Assembly: GCA_011364965.1 (NCBI GenBank)
Contig: RDOB01000006.1
Span: 64,001 to 128,000, forward strand
Direction of reading: 5' to 3'
DNA: 64,000 bases
DNA from: Candidatus Heimdallarchaeota archaeon
Lineage (GTDB): Archaea > Asgardarchaeota > Heimdallarchaeia > Hodarchaeales > Hodarchaeaceae
Position numbers and translations under genes: made by a program. Of this stretch, positions 1 to 9,667 are shown piece after piece; positions within the stretch are counted from its first letter, which is position 1, and every line of letters starts with the position of its first letter. Below the pieces are notes generated by a model. That model was not told the DNA's origin. It worked only from the letters and a program-made list of their open reading frames with translations, and did not search any database.

Positions 1-759
1 GGTACTCACCCCTGGATATGCCATATGGTCACACTCAAATTCCTGCTGTTTAAAATTAGGAATTTTAGCGACTTCAGAGGAACTAAAAAGTGCGCTTTCC
101 CTTGGTACTATCCTGTCATAAGTTGCTACTGCATTAATCCATCGAATATTAGGATTTAAAACAAGAGGTGTGTTAAGTCGTTGGATCAATTGACTCTTAT
201 GCGTTAATTGGACAAATCCTAATCCTAAATCTGGGGGAATGTTCAGAGGTTCTTCTCGTTTATCCGCGAGTAACATATTTCTAATTGATTTGACTGTAGT
301 CTCAATTTGAGATATATCTCCTGCCTCAACCCCATGATTAGGAACCGCGAGTAAAGCTATCCCATGGATCATTCTTTCAACTTTATTTAAGGGATAAGGA
401 TGTTTAAAATGAGGACTTGTAAATACTCGTGCTATAATACCTCCCATGCTATGGGCTATAATAGTGATTCGTTGGTTTCGGGTTGTAAAAATATGATGAA
501 CTGCTGTAAGTAATTCTTCGTGAGCTAATGTACTGATTTCACCCGAAACATCACTACTTAAATGCAGAGCCCAGCAATCATAACCTCGGTCTATGAAAAA
601 AAATCCAAGAGACGCATCATCAGAAAACCATACACTAGCACTTGAACCAAAACCGTGAACGAATAAGATTGGGTGGCCAGTTCCTTGGGGTGTCCGATGG
701 TACAACTTCGCTAGTCCTTGTTTCGTTTCAATCTCAAATATAATTTGTCTAATACTCAT
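1..759 (-). CDS. Alpha/beta hydrolase (lipase/esterase-like), 3' end runs off the window
   Basis: Manual translation from ATG at 759 (MSIRQIIFEIETKQG...PILFVHGFGSSASVWF...IIAHSMGG...CDH). HGF oxyanion motif, AHSMG nucleophile elbow and a probable catalytic His; the segments read by hand share one frame down to position 1. Confidence 0.85.
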   Translation of the reverse strand, partial: MSIRQIIFEIETKQGLAKLYHRTPQGTGHPILFVHGFGSSASVWFSDDASLGFFFIDRGYDCWALHLSSDVSGEISTLAHEELLTAVHHIFTTRNQRITIIAHSMGGIIARVFTSPHFKHPYPLNKVERMIHGIALLAVPNHGVEAGDISQIETTVKSIRNMLLADKREEPLNIPPDLGLGFVQLTHKSQLIQRLNTPLVLNPNIRWINAVATYDRIVPRESALFSSSEVAKIPNFKQQEFECDHMAYPGVST

Positions 760-864
760 CTTCAATCCCTCTGAAGAATTAGTTTATTGGTATAAATGAA
801 TGAAATGTATGTAAAAATCCTTTCATTGAAGGAAAGTCCCTCAAGACTCAAATTGTGTTTTATC

Positions 865-1101
865 CTAACTTGGTGAAATTGAGCTATTAGAGTTTTTTAA
901 ACTGAAATTAGGTGGGATGTTAGGTAATTTAAATGGCAGAATCATAAATTTCATTGTTTTTTCAGATAAATGAATCTCTGCGTTGCATTGGGTGCATTTA
1001 AAATAATTAGTTAGATTACCAAATCTGCTTCTTCTCATTTGTCCATCTTCACAATCTGGGCAACTGAAAAATATTATATTATTTAATTCCGAAGCACACA
1101 T
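865..1101 (-). CDS. Small Zn-ribbon protein
   Basis: CPDC...CTQC pair in a 78-aa ORF. Confidence 0.55.
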   Translation of the reverse strand: MCASELNNIIFFSCPDCEDGQMRRSRFGNLTNYFKCTQCNAEIHLSEKTMKFMILPFKLPNIPPNFSLKNSNSSISPS

Positions 1102-1185
1102 AATGACTATTATTAGTAGATATTCCTTTATAAAGTTTCAGGTTTAACTTATGATAAATAATATGAAAGTAATGTGATATAAGAG

Positions 1186-1434
1186 ATGGTTCAACTAAAA
1201 CACGATAGATGTTCATATTGCGGAGGTGGTTATAAGTACTATATTCTAGCAAGCGAGTATGAAAACGAAGGACGATTCGTTTTAAAGTGTCCTTATTGCA
1301 TGAAAAGCCACTATAAAATAATAGAAGATGGAATATTACTTTCAGAACACCTAGCAAACAAATCTCTTAAAAATCTTCCCCCCAAGCAAATTGAAGCGAA
1401 AGCTTGGATGGAACTGAAGCTAAAGGACAAATGA
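1186..1434 (+). CDS. Small Zn-ribbon protein
   Basis: CSYC...CPYC pair in an 82-aa ORF. Confidence 0.65.
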   Translation: MVQLKHDRCSYCGGGYKYYILASEYENEGRFVLKCPYCMKSHYKIIEDGILLSEHLANKSLKNLPPKQIEAKAWMELKLKDK

Positions 1435-2079
1435 AACTCGATTCAAGGTTTCTTTTATTACTCTTAATGGTTCGGGTAATCTATATTGGAGTAAGGGAAG
1501 AATTAATTGTGTTGCTGTGACTAATGTGATTTTATGTCCTATTGAAATGCAAATACCTCTTTTCCGCCCTTTTTTTAGAAGATAATTGCCAATCATGTCA
1601 TTTCCATCATAGATAGGAAATACTTTAACCTCAGAAGACGATAATATTTCATTTGGGCTGCTATTTACTTGTCCCCATAAATTTTTTCTGGTAATTCCTA
1701 TAGTTGGCATGCTTACTTCTACTCCAACCTCTGACGCAAGACCAAAACGCCGTGGATGTTGAATTCCCGCCCCTTCAATCAATAATACGTCGAACTCCTC
1801 TTCAAAATGTTCAATTACTTTCAAGAGAATAGATTTATTTCTTAAGCTGAGATATGTAGGAAGATATTTGTAGGATGCTCGTTCGATAGGTGAAATCCAT
1901 GTTCTTATCGTCTTAAAAGTATTAAGAGACAAGAGAAGTCCTCCTGCAATCAAATCATGATCCAATGCTTTAATAGCAACGGTTAGAAGGAATTTAAACT
2001 CATCTGATTGATCGTTTGCAATAACTGATGTAGATCGTTTAATTTGTTTCTTATCTATTTTTTTTAAATCAAGATACAA
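1420..2079 (-). CDS. nfi: Endonuclease V family protein, divergent active site
   Basis: YLPTYLSLR, LLIEGAGIQHPRRFGLAS, PTIGI, ISIGHKI and YRLPEPLR match EndoV signature blocks. Confidence 0.85.
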   Translation of the reverse strand: MYLDLKKIDKKQIKRSTSVIANDQSDEFKFLLTVAIKALDHDLIAGGLLLSLNTFKTIRTWISPIERASYKYLPTYLSLRNKSILLKVIEHFEEEFDVLLIEGAGIQHPRRFGLASEVGVEVSMPTIGITRKNLWGQVNSSPNEILSSSEVKVFPIYDGNDMIGNYLLKKGRKRGICISIGHKITLVTATQLILPLLQYRLPEPLRVIKETLNRVSFVL

Positions 2080-2180
2080 TGGATTTCTTCCATAATTTTA
2101 GTGAAAACCTAGTTTAAAAATTACTCATAAGTATACGAAATCTTTAATGCGACTCCTATTATCTGGTGGAGCTTTAACTA

Positions 2181-2221
2181 TAAAAGAAAAAATAAAACAG
2201 GGACACATTATTGCCCTGTTA
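2181..2221 (-). terminator. Putative terminator of the ferredoxin gene
   Basis: Inverted repeat AACAGGG...CCCTGTT followed on the minus strand by a T-rich run. Confidence 0.45.
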
Positions 2222-2251
2222 GAAAGATGTTCTAAAGATTTTTTATGAAAT

Positions 2252-2467
2252 CTACCATGAGCAATGGTCTAAGATGGCATCATTTGGGCAAACACCATCG
2301 CACGCTGCACATTCTATGCAGGCACCGATATTATCAGCTTTTACCTTACCATCTACTATTTCATAACAGTTCTCGGGGCAGACATCAACACATTCGCCAG
2401 CCCCTGTACATAAATCTAAATCAATATCAACCCATAGGTCTGAATCTTCAAATCTTGTTTTCGCCAC
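2252..2467 (-). CDS. Dicluster ferredoxin (4Fe-4S family, possibly 7Fe)
   Basis: CTGAGECVDVCP and CIECAACDGVCP motifs; likely GTG start at 2467 behind TGGAGA. Confidence 0.9.
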   Translation of the reverse strand: MAKTRFEDSDLWVDIDLDLCTGAGECVDVCPENCYEIVDGKVKADNIGACIECAACDGVCPNDAILDHCSW

Positions 2468-2481
2468 TACTAGCGTCTCCA

Positions 2482-2560
2482 ATTCAGTCGGTTCAACCAG
2501 ATTATGGGAGAACGGGACTGAATCTCTACTTATCTATGGAATCATATAAGTTTTTTTCCC
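2482..2560 (-). promoter_or_regulatory. BRE/TATA promoter plus structured 5' leader hairpin of the ferredoxin gene
   Basis: Minus strand GGGAAAAAAA-CTTATAT (2544-2560); hairpin ATTCAGTC/GACTGAAT, GTTC/GAAC, CCA/TGG at 2482-2523. Confidence 0.5.
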
Positions 2561-2719
2561 TAACCGTTCGTTTAAACCTCACTATAGAAAATCTCTCAGT
2601 TTTTCTCACCAAAACCAAATTTTGATGAATTGGGTTACGGGTCCGTCTGAAACAGTTTTTGATATTCCGTAATTGGGAGAGATATATTCATAAACCCTTT
2701 CTCTCATTAATGGAGTAAA

Positions 2720-3121
2720 GTGATTATTATGGTTGAAATACTTCGGAAATGTGTAAACGAATCGTTTGATGAAGCAGTAGAACATGTTAAAACAGTTATT
2801 GAGAATGAAGGATTTACTGTTCTTCTTGTTAAGTCCATTGATGAGATTATCCAAAAAAAACTTGGAGAAACGATTCAAAGATACACAACTATCTTGGCTT
2901 GTGCTGCGGATTTAGCGAAAATGGCACTAGAAGTCTCTGTAAATGTCGGTACGTTATTCCCGTGTTCATTTGTAATCTATGAGGATGGGAGTGAAGTCAT
3001 TGTTGCTCATGTTTCTATTATGAAAATAGCTGCTGAGCTGGGATTAGCTTCTCCTGAGAGTATGATCCCAGTTATTTTAGAGACAGGAAAACGCATACAA
3101 GCTGTTTGGCAGAAAATCTAG
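2720..3121 (+). CDS. DUF302 family protein
   Basis: SFDEAVEHVK, ENEGF, YTTILAC, VGTLFPCSFVIYE pattern. Confidence 0.8.
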   Translation: MIIMVEILRKCVNESFDEAVEHVKTVIENEGFTVLLVKSIDEIIQKKLGETIQRYTTILACAADLAKMALEVSVNVGTLFPCSFVIYEDGSEVIVAHVSIMKIAAELGLASPESMIPVILETGKRIQAVWQKI

Positions 3122-3732
3122 CAAGTGTTCAACTTATTATCAAGTAAATTATTAGAACAAATTTCAGTTTCAATAAACCAGTTATCTTGTCTAATTGTCT
3201 TAAATGCCATGTTAGTTAGTACAATCGTTGATAAGAGGGCTGGTACGCTTTTTAAACTTTTAATAAATATAATACAATCGTCAATCATAGATTGTAATGA
3301 ATCACCTTTCACTCCTATCCCCAGACAGGAATTTCTGTCCCCATCTTGGTTTAGCATTTTCAAAGCAGGTTCAAAGGTTATTACAATTCGATTCTCTACT
3401 ATTAAAGGGAATAAGGGATAAATTCGGCACCTCAGAGGTCGATTTTTATGAATAGTGCAATGAAATTGAGTTGATTCATTAAAAAAAATACATCTTTTAT
3501 TATTTCGTGAAACTTCAAATCTTCCATCCTTTATCTCATTTAATTGATGAAGGATATATCTGGGGAGAGGTGTGATCTCATTAGGAAGAAAGTAGGTATA
3601 GCTACAGCAATTAGTACATCCATCAATACACCGGAATTGTCCATAAAAGGATTCTAAGCTGAAATCTAACAAATAAGGTGAGTTTAAAGCGATTTTTAAT
3701 TCCTTAATCACATTTCTTTTGTTCTCAATCAC
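3118..3732 (-). CDS. YkgJ family (CxxCxxCC) Fe-S/Zn-binding protein
   Basis: FRCIDGCTNCC...CIFF...CTIHKNRPLRCRIYP. Confidence 0.85.
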   Translation of the reverse strand: MIENKRNVIKELKIALNSPYLLDFSLESFYGQFRCIDGCTNCCSYTYFLPNEITPLPRYILHQLNEIKDGRFEVSRNNKRCIFFNESTQFHCTIHKNRPLRCRIYPLFPLIVENRIVITFEPALKMLNQDGDRNSCLGIGVKGDSLQSMIDDCIIFIKSLKSVPALLSTIVLTNMAFKTIRQDNWFIETEICSNNLLDNKLNTC

Positions 3733-3829
3733 TTTCTTTTTCTATCCTTCAATATTCATGATTTCTTCAAAGATATTGATTAATACAACTTTTAAGGATG
3801 TTTTGAGATGCTTGAAATGTGATCGATAG

Positions 3830-4405
3830 ATGGCTTTAGATATTACTATTCGTAATTACATTCCTGAAGATTGGTCCTCAGTGAAATTAATAATATTAGA
3901 ATCTGAGTATTACTCTCCAAAAGATGTGAAGAGCGAAAAGAAAAGAGTGGAGTTTTATTCGGCTGTACCTGAAAAAGGTAGAGTCTTTGTGGCTGTAATG
4001 AAAAAAGATCTAGGTTCAGAAGAAAAATTTCCTGAAAATCTAGAAACAAAGGCGGAACTAGCAGCGAAGGAAGTTGTCCTTGGATTTGTTACCGTTGATT
4101 TCTTTGGTCGTGGTATTTTCATTCTCTCATTAGCAGTTGCCGCAGAATATCGTAGAAGAGGTATTGGAAAAGCTTTAGTGGAGTATTTAAAGAAATTTGG
4201 GGTGGATGATGCTCAATTCAACATCTTACGAGGGTTTGCGGATGAACGTTTCATGAATGCTCATGCGTTCCTTCTAAAACAGGGATTTAAGACCTGTGGT
4301 TTTATACAACATGACTTAGATTGGAACCATTCTGCAATCCACTACGTTCTTCCACTTCGGAAATTAGATGAGATAGATTCAGAAACTCCAGTTATATCAG
4401 CTTGA
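3830..4405 (+). CDS. GNAT family N-acetyltransferase
   Basis: LAVAAEYRRRGIGKAL acetyl-CoA motif; NAHAFLLKQGF. Confidence 0.85.
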   Translation: MALDITIRNYIPEDWSSVKLIILESEYYSPKDVKSEKKRVEFYSAVPEKGRVFVAVMKKDLGSEEKFPENLETKAELAAKEVVLGFVTVDFFGRGIFILSLAVAAEYRRRGIGKALVEYLKKFGVDDAQFNILRGFADERFMNAHAFLLKQGFKTCGFIQHDLDWNHSAIHYVLPLRKLDEIDSETPVISA

Positions 4406-4969
4406 AATTCCTTCATTGTACTTGTTGTAAAAAGTGAATTCGGATAATTCCTTCCTTTTTGGTCGTACAATTTCAGCTTTTTTCTGTCCTTCACTAAAAT
4501 CTTCGGGGATTGTATCTGCTTTTTTCCCTACAATGACTAGTGTAATTAAATTGAAGTCGTCTGAAAGGTTTAAAACTTGTTTTGCTTTCTCAGGATCGTA
4601 TCCTGCAATGGGATGAGCAACTAATCCCAGCTCTGTCAATCTTAGAATTAAATGCGCGGTAGCCATTCCTGTATCAAACAAATAATATTCTCTCTCCTTA
4701 ATTTGACAATCAAGATCAGCTTTTGAGAATACTGCGACGATTAAGCTAGCTCTTTTTGCCCAAACTTGATTTCCTCTTGTTAAAGTAGAAATTAAATCCT
4801 TTAAAACGGTTGGATCAAATACAAATATAAATCTCGCAGGCTGATTGTTCATACAAGAAGCTGCTAATATTGCATGAGTTGAGATATCCTCTAATAATTT
4901 TTCTGTTATTTTTGTTGGCTTTAAAGAACGATAAGCTCGTCTAGCATGGATAGTTTCAGTTAAAGTCAT
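4397..4969 (-). CDS. Nitroreductase family protein
   Basis: IHARRAYR, AASCMNNQP, DTGMATAHLIL, PKRK. Confidence 0.9.
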   Translation of the reverse strand: MTLTETIHARRAYRSLKPTKITEKLLEDISTHAILAASCMNNQPARFIFVFDPTVLKDLISTLTRGNQVWAKRASLIVAVFSKADLDCQIKEREYYLFDTGMATAHLILRLTELGLVAHPIAGYDPEKAKQVLNLSDDFNLITLVIVGKKADTIPEDFSEGQKKAEIVRPKRKELSEFTFYNKYNEGISS

Positions 4970-5102
4970 ATTTCAAATCCACCTCTGGATTTTTATTTCA
5001 TAATCAATAAACATTAGGGTTCTTATTTATTAATTAGGTGTTAAGTTTTCTATAATTAAAAATTCAATAAAGTTAAATGAAAAGAGGAGAAATTTTCTCC
5101 TT

Positions 5103-5350
5103 TCAATTACCCTTTGTTACCTTTTTTTGAAGTTTTGGGGTTTTCAAATCCTCTAAAAGATGTTGAAAGGCGAGAATAGGATGTTTATGCTGCATCTTGA
5201 GTCCAGCGTATCGCATAACAGCCTTTATTTGGTGTTACATATCTGGGTTATAACAATGAATTGAACATTTAGCACATGTAGTTTTAGTTTGGCCGTACGG
5301 ACATTTCTCCAACTGATGATTAGCAAATTTTAATAAATTCGGACAATCGA
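5103..5350 (-). pseudogene. YgbA-like (nitrous-oxide-stimulated promoter family) Cys-rich protein remnant
   Basis: Manual translation DCPNLLKFANHQLEKCPYGQTKTTCAKCSIHCYNPDM*HQIKAVMRYAGLKMQHKHPILAFQHLL; in-frame TAA at 5235-5237; 5' end missing. Confidence 0.75.
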
Positions 5351-5365
5351 ATTGAGGGAAATATC

Positions 5366-5767
5366 ATGATAACAGGATGTACAGATTCAGGTGGTTTTCC
5401 AATTCAATATTCATATTACTCAGAGAAAAATGGAAGTATTGATGGATTTTTTATGCAGGTATCAAAAACAGGTCAGCTGATATTCTCAAGTTATTTTGGA
5501 GGCCTTTCAAATGATTCTATCAGTGATCTAGCGTTTATTCTAAACAAACCTAATTCATTCTTATTAACAGGTCATAGTAGCTCTCGAAGTATCTCTTTAG
5601 TGAATCCAATACAGAATACATATGATGGAGGGGAATTTGATCTCTTTATATGCGAATTTACATGGATAACACCAGAATCCACTGAAGAAGTAAATTCATT
5701 TGGAATAATTCTAGCATTTTCAGGCCTCTTTATTTTTGTTCGAAATAGAAGTAAATTAAATAAATAG
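5366..5767 (+). pseudogene. C-terminal fragment of an SBBP/beta-propeller-repeat cell-surface protein with sorting signal
   Basis: ITGCTDS..FP, SSYFGG, LTGHSSS, GGEFDLFI repeats; C-terminal TM plus basic tail; no signal peptide, starts mid-repeat. Confidence 0.6.
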
Positions 5768-5818
5768 ACTTATGAATAATGAATATTCGATTCTCAAGAA
5801 GATGAGATATATTCATTT

Positions 5819-6136
5819 TTGAAGTACGAAGGAATTTATATGGAAGAAAAGGAATCAATATTATATGTTATCTTATTGAGCGTTTCATTGCTTATAATGC
5901 CAAGCCCTCTAGGAAGGAATAGCCCATTATATGCGATTTCATTATTTTTGATTTTAGGGGCAATAACACTTTTATCAGCGGCAATGATTTTGATTGCTGC
6001 TAAAAATATTCCATTTTTCACTCCCTATATTCCGATTGGTCTCGGAGATAATGTAATTAAATTATTAGCTTGGATTGGAGTCATCGTAGTTGGCGTTTTG
6101 CAAATAATTATCAATTTCCTTGCATTAGCGAGTTAA
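5819..6136 (+). CDS. Small membrane protein (about 3 TM)
   Basis: Three hydrophobic segments; likely start at MEEKES. Confidence 0.6.
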   Translation: MKYEGIYMEEKESILYVILLSVSLLIMPSPLGRNSPLYAISLFLILGAITLLSAAMILIAAKNIPFFTPYIPIGLGDNVIKLLAWIGVIVVGVLQIIINFLALAS

Positions 6137-6207
6137 ATTCACATTCCTTAAATCTGAATTCTATTTAATGCCCTTAGATTAAACTGAAATGACAAGTACA
6201 GTAATAT

Positions 6208-7563
6208 TTAAATCAGAAAAATAAGAAATGCTACATACAGAGCCATTCCAAATAGATGAAAGAGAGTTATAAATCCTCCATATCTAAAATATTCTAAAAA
6301 ACCAATTCTCATTCCTTGACGTTTAGTCATTTCGAGAATGAAGATTCCTTTCACACTGCTTATCAAAACAACTGAATCAGTAATATTCACTGCAGCTAAT
6401 ATAGCCCACCAAACAACTAAAGGGTTAGTTATTTGAGTACTGATAAGATCTATGAGAGGGCGGAGAAGAAAAATCAAAGGAATATTTTCAATGATTGCTG
6501 TAAGGAGTCCCAAAGTCCAGCTGAATCCAATAATTCCTAGAAAGGGAGATAGTGCTGTAAGATTTAAAACTGGTTCATTCAGAATCAGAGGTATATTAGT
6601 AATTTGAATTAATCCTGACATAATAAATATTCCACTTAAAAAAAACAACATAGGCCAATCAATAGATCTAATGAAAGATTCAACGTGATCTGAGAAAAAA
6701 ATAAGGACAAGCATTCCTCCTCCAAGGCAGATTATATCGATACTCAACCCCAAAGAGGTACCAAATGCTAGAAACCCTGTCACAACAGCGAAAATAATTA
6801 TTGCCCGATAAAATTCTTTACGAGAATCAACAAAACTCCAAGGATCTATAGTTTGTAATAATCGCTGTATTTGTAATCCAAATTTCTTCTCACGAGTTTT
6901 CATTTTTTCAATGTCTGATTGAAAGTATTTCCGTGTAATTAATATGGTTAAGAAGACCATTAGAGAAACAAAAGGTAAACTGATTAGAAGAAAGTCTAAA
7001 TAACTCCAATTCTGCTCTAAAGAAACATATGCAGCTGTATAAGAGGCGATTGGGGTAAGCATTCCACTTAAGTTAGCAACTACTAATTCTAAAAATAGAA
7101 TTGGTTTAACATTGATCTCAGCCACATCTGCGATTAATATGGTAATTTGGGCAACAATGATCAATGCTAGCACATTGGAGATTACCATGCTAAGAAGGAA
7201 GACTACAAGTGCAAGAAGTGACATTAATAGGTCAAAAGATCCACCTATCGATCTCAAAAAATAGAGTATGAAGACTTCTAGAATTCCAGATTTTTTAACC
7301 ATTTCTAATATCAATGTTATCCCAATAATGGTAATTAGTAAGTGCATATCGATCCATTGATACAAGACAGAAAAGTTGTCAACTAAATTAGTAGTTACAG
7401 CTAGTAAGATCGAAACTAGCACTCCTGCTAATGTAATAGATACCTTATCTGTTTTTTCAGACGCAATAACGAGCAAAACAGCTAAAAATACTCCAGTTAG
7501 TATGAGACCTATTCCTATATGCGGAATTTCTTGCACAAATTTAGAAATTGATATAAAATCCAT
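6208..7563 (-). CDS. ArsB/NhaD/SLC13 (ion transporter superfamily) permease
   Basis: About 12 TM; ISNV, ANLSGMLTPI, IDWPMLFFLSGIF and IENIP motifs. Confidence 0.8.
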   Translation of the reverse strand: MDFISISKFVQEIPHIGIGLILTGVFLAVLLVIASEKTDKVSITLAGVLVSILLAVTTNLVDNFSVLYQWIDMHLLITIIGITLILEMVKKSGILEVFILYFLRSIGGSFDLLMSLLALVVFLLSMVISNVLALIIVAQITILIADVAEINVKPILFLELVVANLSGMLTPIASYTAAYVSLEQNWSYLDFLLISLPFVSLMVFLTILITRKYFQSDIEKMKTREKKFGLQIQRLLQTIDPWSFVDSRKEFYRAIIIFAVVTGFLAFGTSLGLSIDIICLGGGMLVLIFFSDHVESFIRSIDWPMLFFLSGIFIMSGLIQITNIPLILNEPVLNLTALSPFLGIIGFSWTLGLLTAIIENIPLIFLLRPLIDLISTQITNPLVVWWAILAAVNITDSVVLISSVKGIFILEMTKRQGMRIGFLEYFRYGGFITLFHLFGMALYVAFLIFLI

Positions 7564-7653
7564 TTCGAAGCCATTTCCGACCTAAATTGACTGAAGCATA
7601 AGTATTTTTAAGGATATGTTCAAGATAAACAACCGAAGTTTACATGAAAATGA

Positions 7654-8703
7654 GTGTTTCCGTTGTACCGAGGTAATGGCATGAAAATAATCGATGAAGG
7701 TGAAGGGGAATTGGTTGGGTGGCGTAACCCTGATGAGAATCGAGAATGGATTTTAAAGAATAAATCACGATCTTTAACTGATAAAAGGATGGGTCTCAAA
7801 ACAGCGGTATCTAGATATGTTCAAAATGGCAGCGTGTTAGCAATGGGGGGATTTGGACATATTCGTGTCTCTTTTGCTGCAATTTATGAAATGATAAGGC
7901 AAAAAGTGCGAGATCTAACTCTTATAGGGAAAACCACAGTGCATGATGGAGATGTACTCATTGGGGGAGGATGTGTCAAAAAAGTTGAAGTTGCATATGC
8001 TTTTGGTCATGAATTGAGAGGTTTATCCCCCTGTGGAAGACGTGCAGTTGAATCAGGGCAAATTTCCGTAGTTGCAGAAATTAGTAATTCTGGACATCAA
8101 GATCGGTTTCTAGGAGGGATGCTAGGAGTACCTTTCATTCCTACACGCGCGATGCTTGGTACGGATACGTTTAAGAAATCCTCTGCGAAAATAATTGCGG
8201 ATCCTTGGACAGGAAAACCAATTTGTTTGGTTCCCTCTTGTAATCCAGATATTGTATTCATTCATGTTAATAGATGTGATATTTATGGTAATTGTCAAAT
8301 CGATGGAATATTAGTTGAAGATTTTGAATTAGCAAGAGCAGCACGTCGTTTAATTATCACAACAGAAAGAATTATTGATAATGAAATAATCCGTCAGCGC
8401 CCTTGGGAAACTACAATTCCTGGATTTATTGTTGATGGGGTTGTAGAACTACGGTATGGTGCTCACCCTGTTCATGTTCCAAACGAATATTATTTTGATG
8501 AGGAAATAATTGGTGACTGGTTAATTGCTTCAAAAACAGAAGAAGGAACAGAAGCTTGGTTGGAAAAATATGTATTTCAACCAACAGATTTTAATGAATA
8601 CTTAGAATTAGTGGGTGGAGAAGAAAAAATGAGATATTTGGCTGATATCGAGCATTATCGCGCAGAATTGAAAGCTCCCTGGCTAGATGAAAAGAGGAAG
8701 TGA
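7654..8703 (+). CDS. Family I CoA-transferase subunit A (glutaconate CoA-transferase-like)
   Basis: LAMGGF, PFIPTRAMLGTD, IHVNRCDIYGN, GAHP. Confidence 0.88.
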   Translation: MFPLYRGNGMKIIDEGEGELVGWRNPDENREWILKNKSRSLTDKRMGLKTAVSRYVQNGSVLAMGGFGHIRVSFAAIYEMIRQKVRDLTLIGKTTVHDGDVLIGGGCVKKVEVAYAFGHELRGLSPCGRRAVESGQISVVAEISNSGHQDRFLGGMLGVPFIPTRAMLGTDTFKKSSAKIIADPWTGKPICLVPSCNPDIVFIHVNRCDIYGNCQIDGILVEDFELARAARRLIITTERIIDNEIIRQRPWETTIPGFIVDGVVELRYGAHPVHVPNEYYFDEEIIGDWLIASKTEEGTEAWLEKYVFQPTDFNEYLELVGGEEKMRYLADIEHYRAELKAPWLDEKRK

Positions 8704-9485
8704 AATCCATTACAAATCAGAAATATTATACTGCAACACATTTAATGGCTGTTGCTGCAGCAAGGATATTACAGGATAATAAATCAGTTTTTGTTGGTAC
8801 AGGACTACCTATGATTTCAGCTATGTTTGCTCAACGTAGACACGCTCCGAATTTATTGATTATATTCGAAGCTGGAGCTGTTGGACCTCAGATGAAAGTT
8901 TTACCGATTTCCGTTGGAGATTCGAGAACATTCCATCGTGCAATTGCTGCTTCCTCAATGCACGACAATATGGCTTTTTCGCAAGCTGGTTGGCTGGATT
9001 ATGGTTTTCTTGGAGCAGCTCAGATTGATCGATTTGGAAACATCAATACAACCTTTATTGGAGGCACATGGGAACGACCGAAAGTGCGATTACCAGGTTC
9101 TGGAGGAGCAAATGACGTGGGAAGTTTTTGTCATAATACCATTATTATAATGCGACAAGATCAGAGAAAATTTATGGAAAAAGTGAATTTCTTAACAACT
9201 CCAGGCTATTTAAATGGACCTGGAGCCCGCGAAGCTGCAGGTTTGCCCGCTAATTCAGGTCCGTTGAATGTGATTACTCAATTAGGGATTTATGGATTTG
9301 ATTCGAAAACCAAACAAATGAAACTAGAGCAAATACATCCTGGTGTTACTGTTGCCCAGATACAGGAAAATTCAAGTTTCGAGATCTTGATCCCAGAAGA
9401 TATTATAACAACCGAACCACCTACTCTTGATGATGTGCATTTATTGAGAGAACTCGATCCTACAGGCATGGCGATAGGGAAATAA
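8700..9485 (+). CDS. Family I CoA-transferase subunit B
   Basis: FVGTGLP, IIFEAG catalytic Glu, GFLGAAQIDRFGNIN, LPGSGGAND; overlaps subunit A by 4 nt. Confidence 0.9.
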   Translation: MKSITNQKYYTATHLMAVAAARILQDNKSVFVGTGLPMISAMFAQRRHAPNLLIIFEAGAVGPQMKVLPISVGDSRTFHRAIAASSMHDNMAFSQAGWLDYGFLGAAQIDRFGNINTTFIGGTWERPKVRLPGSGGANDVGSFCHNTIIIMRQDQRKFMEKVNFLTTPGYLNGPGAREAAGLPANSGPLNVITQLGIYGFDSKTKQMKLEQIHPGVTVAQIQENSSFEILIPEDIITTEPPTLDDVHLLRELDPTGMAIGK

Positions 9486-9667
9486 GAATCTTCAAAGGTA
9501 TTCTATAGTTAGTAGTTTATTTCTTTTCTGAACTTATTTGAATAAACCTTCTTTATCCCTCTCAATGAATTTATGTAGTAATAGAGTCAGAGTGTTTAAC
9601 TTTCAATGGATTTTACATTAAAATACCGAAATAAAGAAGAAATAGCTATAAATAGGTAATTCATTTC

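Noticed and set aside
2482-2523. Hairpin as a SECIS element
   Set aside because: No in-frame UGA in the ferredoxin or neighbouring genes.
2245-2625. 126-aa plus-strand ORF
   Set aside because: Antisense shadow of the ferredoxin gene, with atypical composition.
5235-5237. Stop-codon recoding in the YgbA-like frame
   Set aside because: The stop is TAA and the gene also lacks its 5' end, so decay is the simpler explanation.
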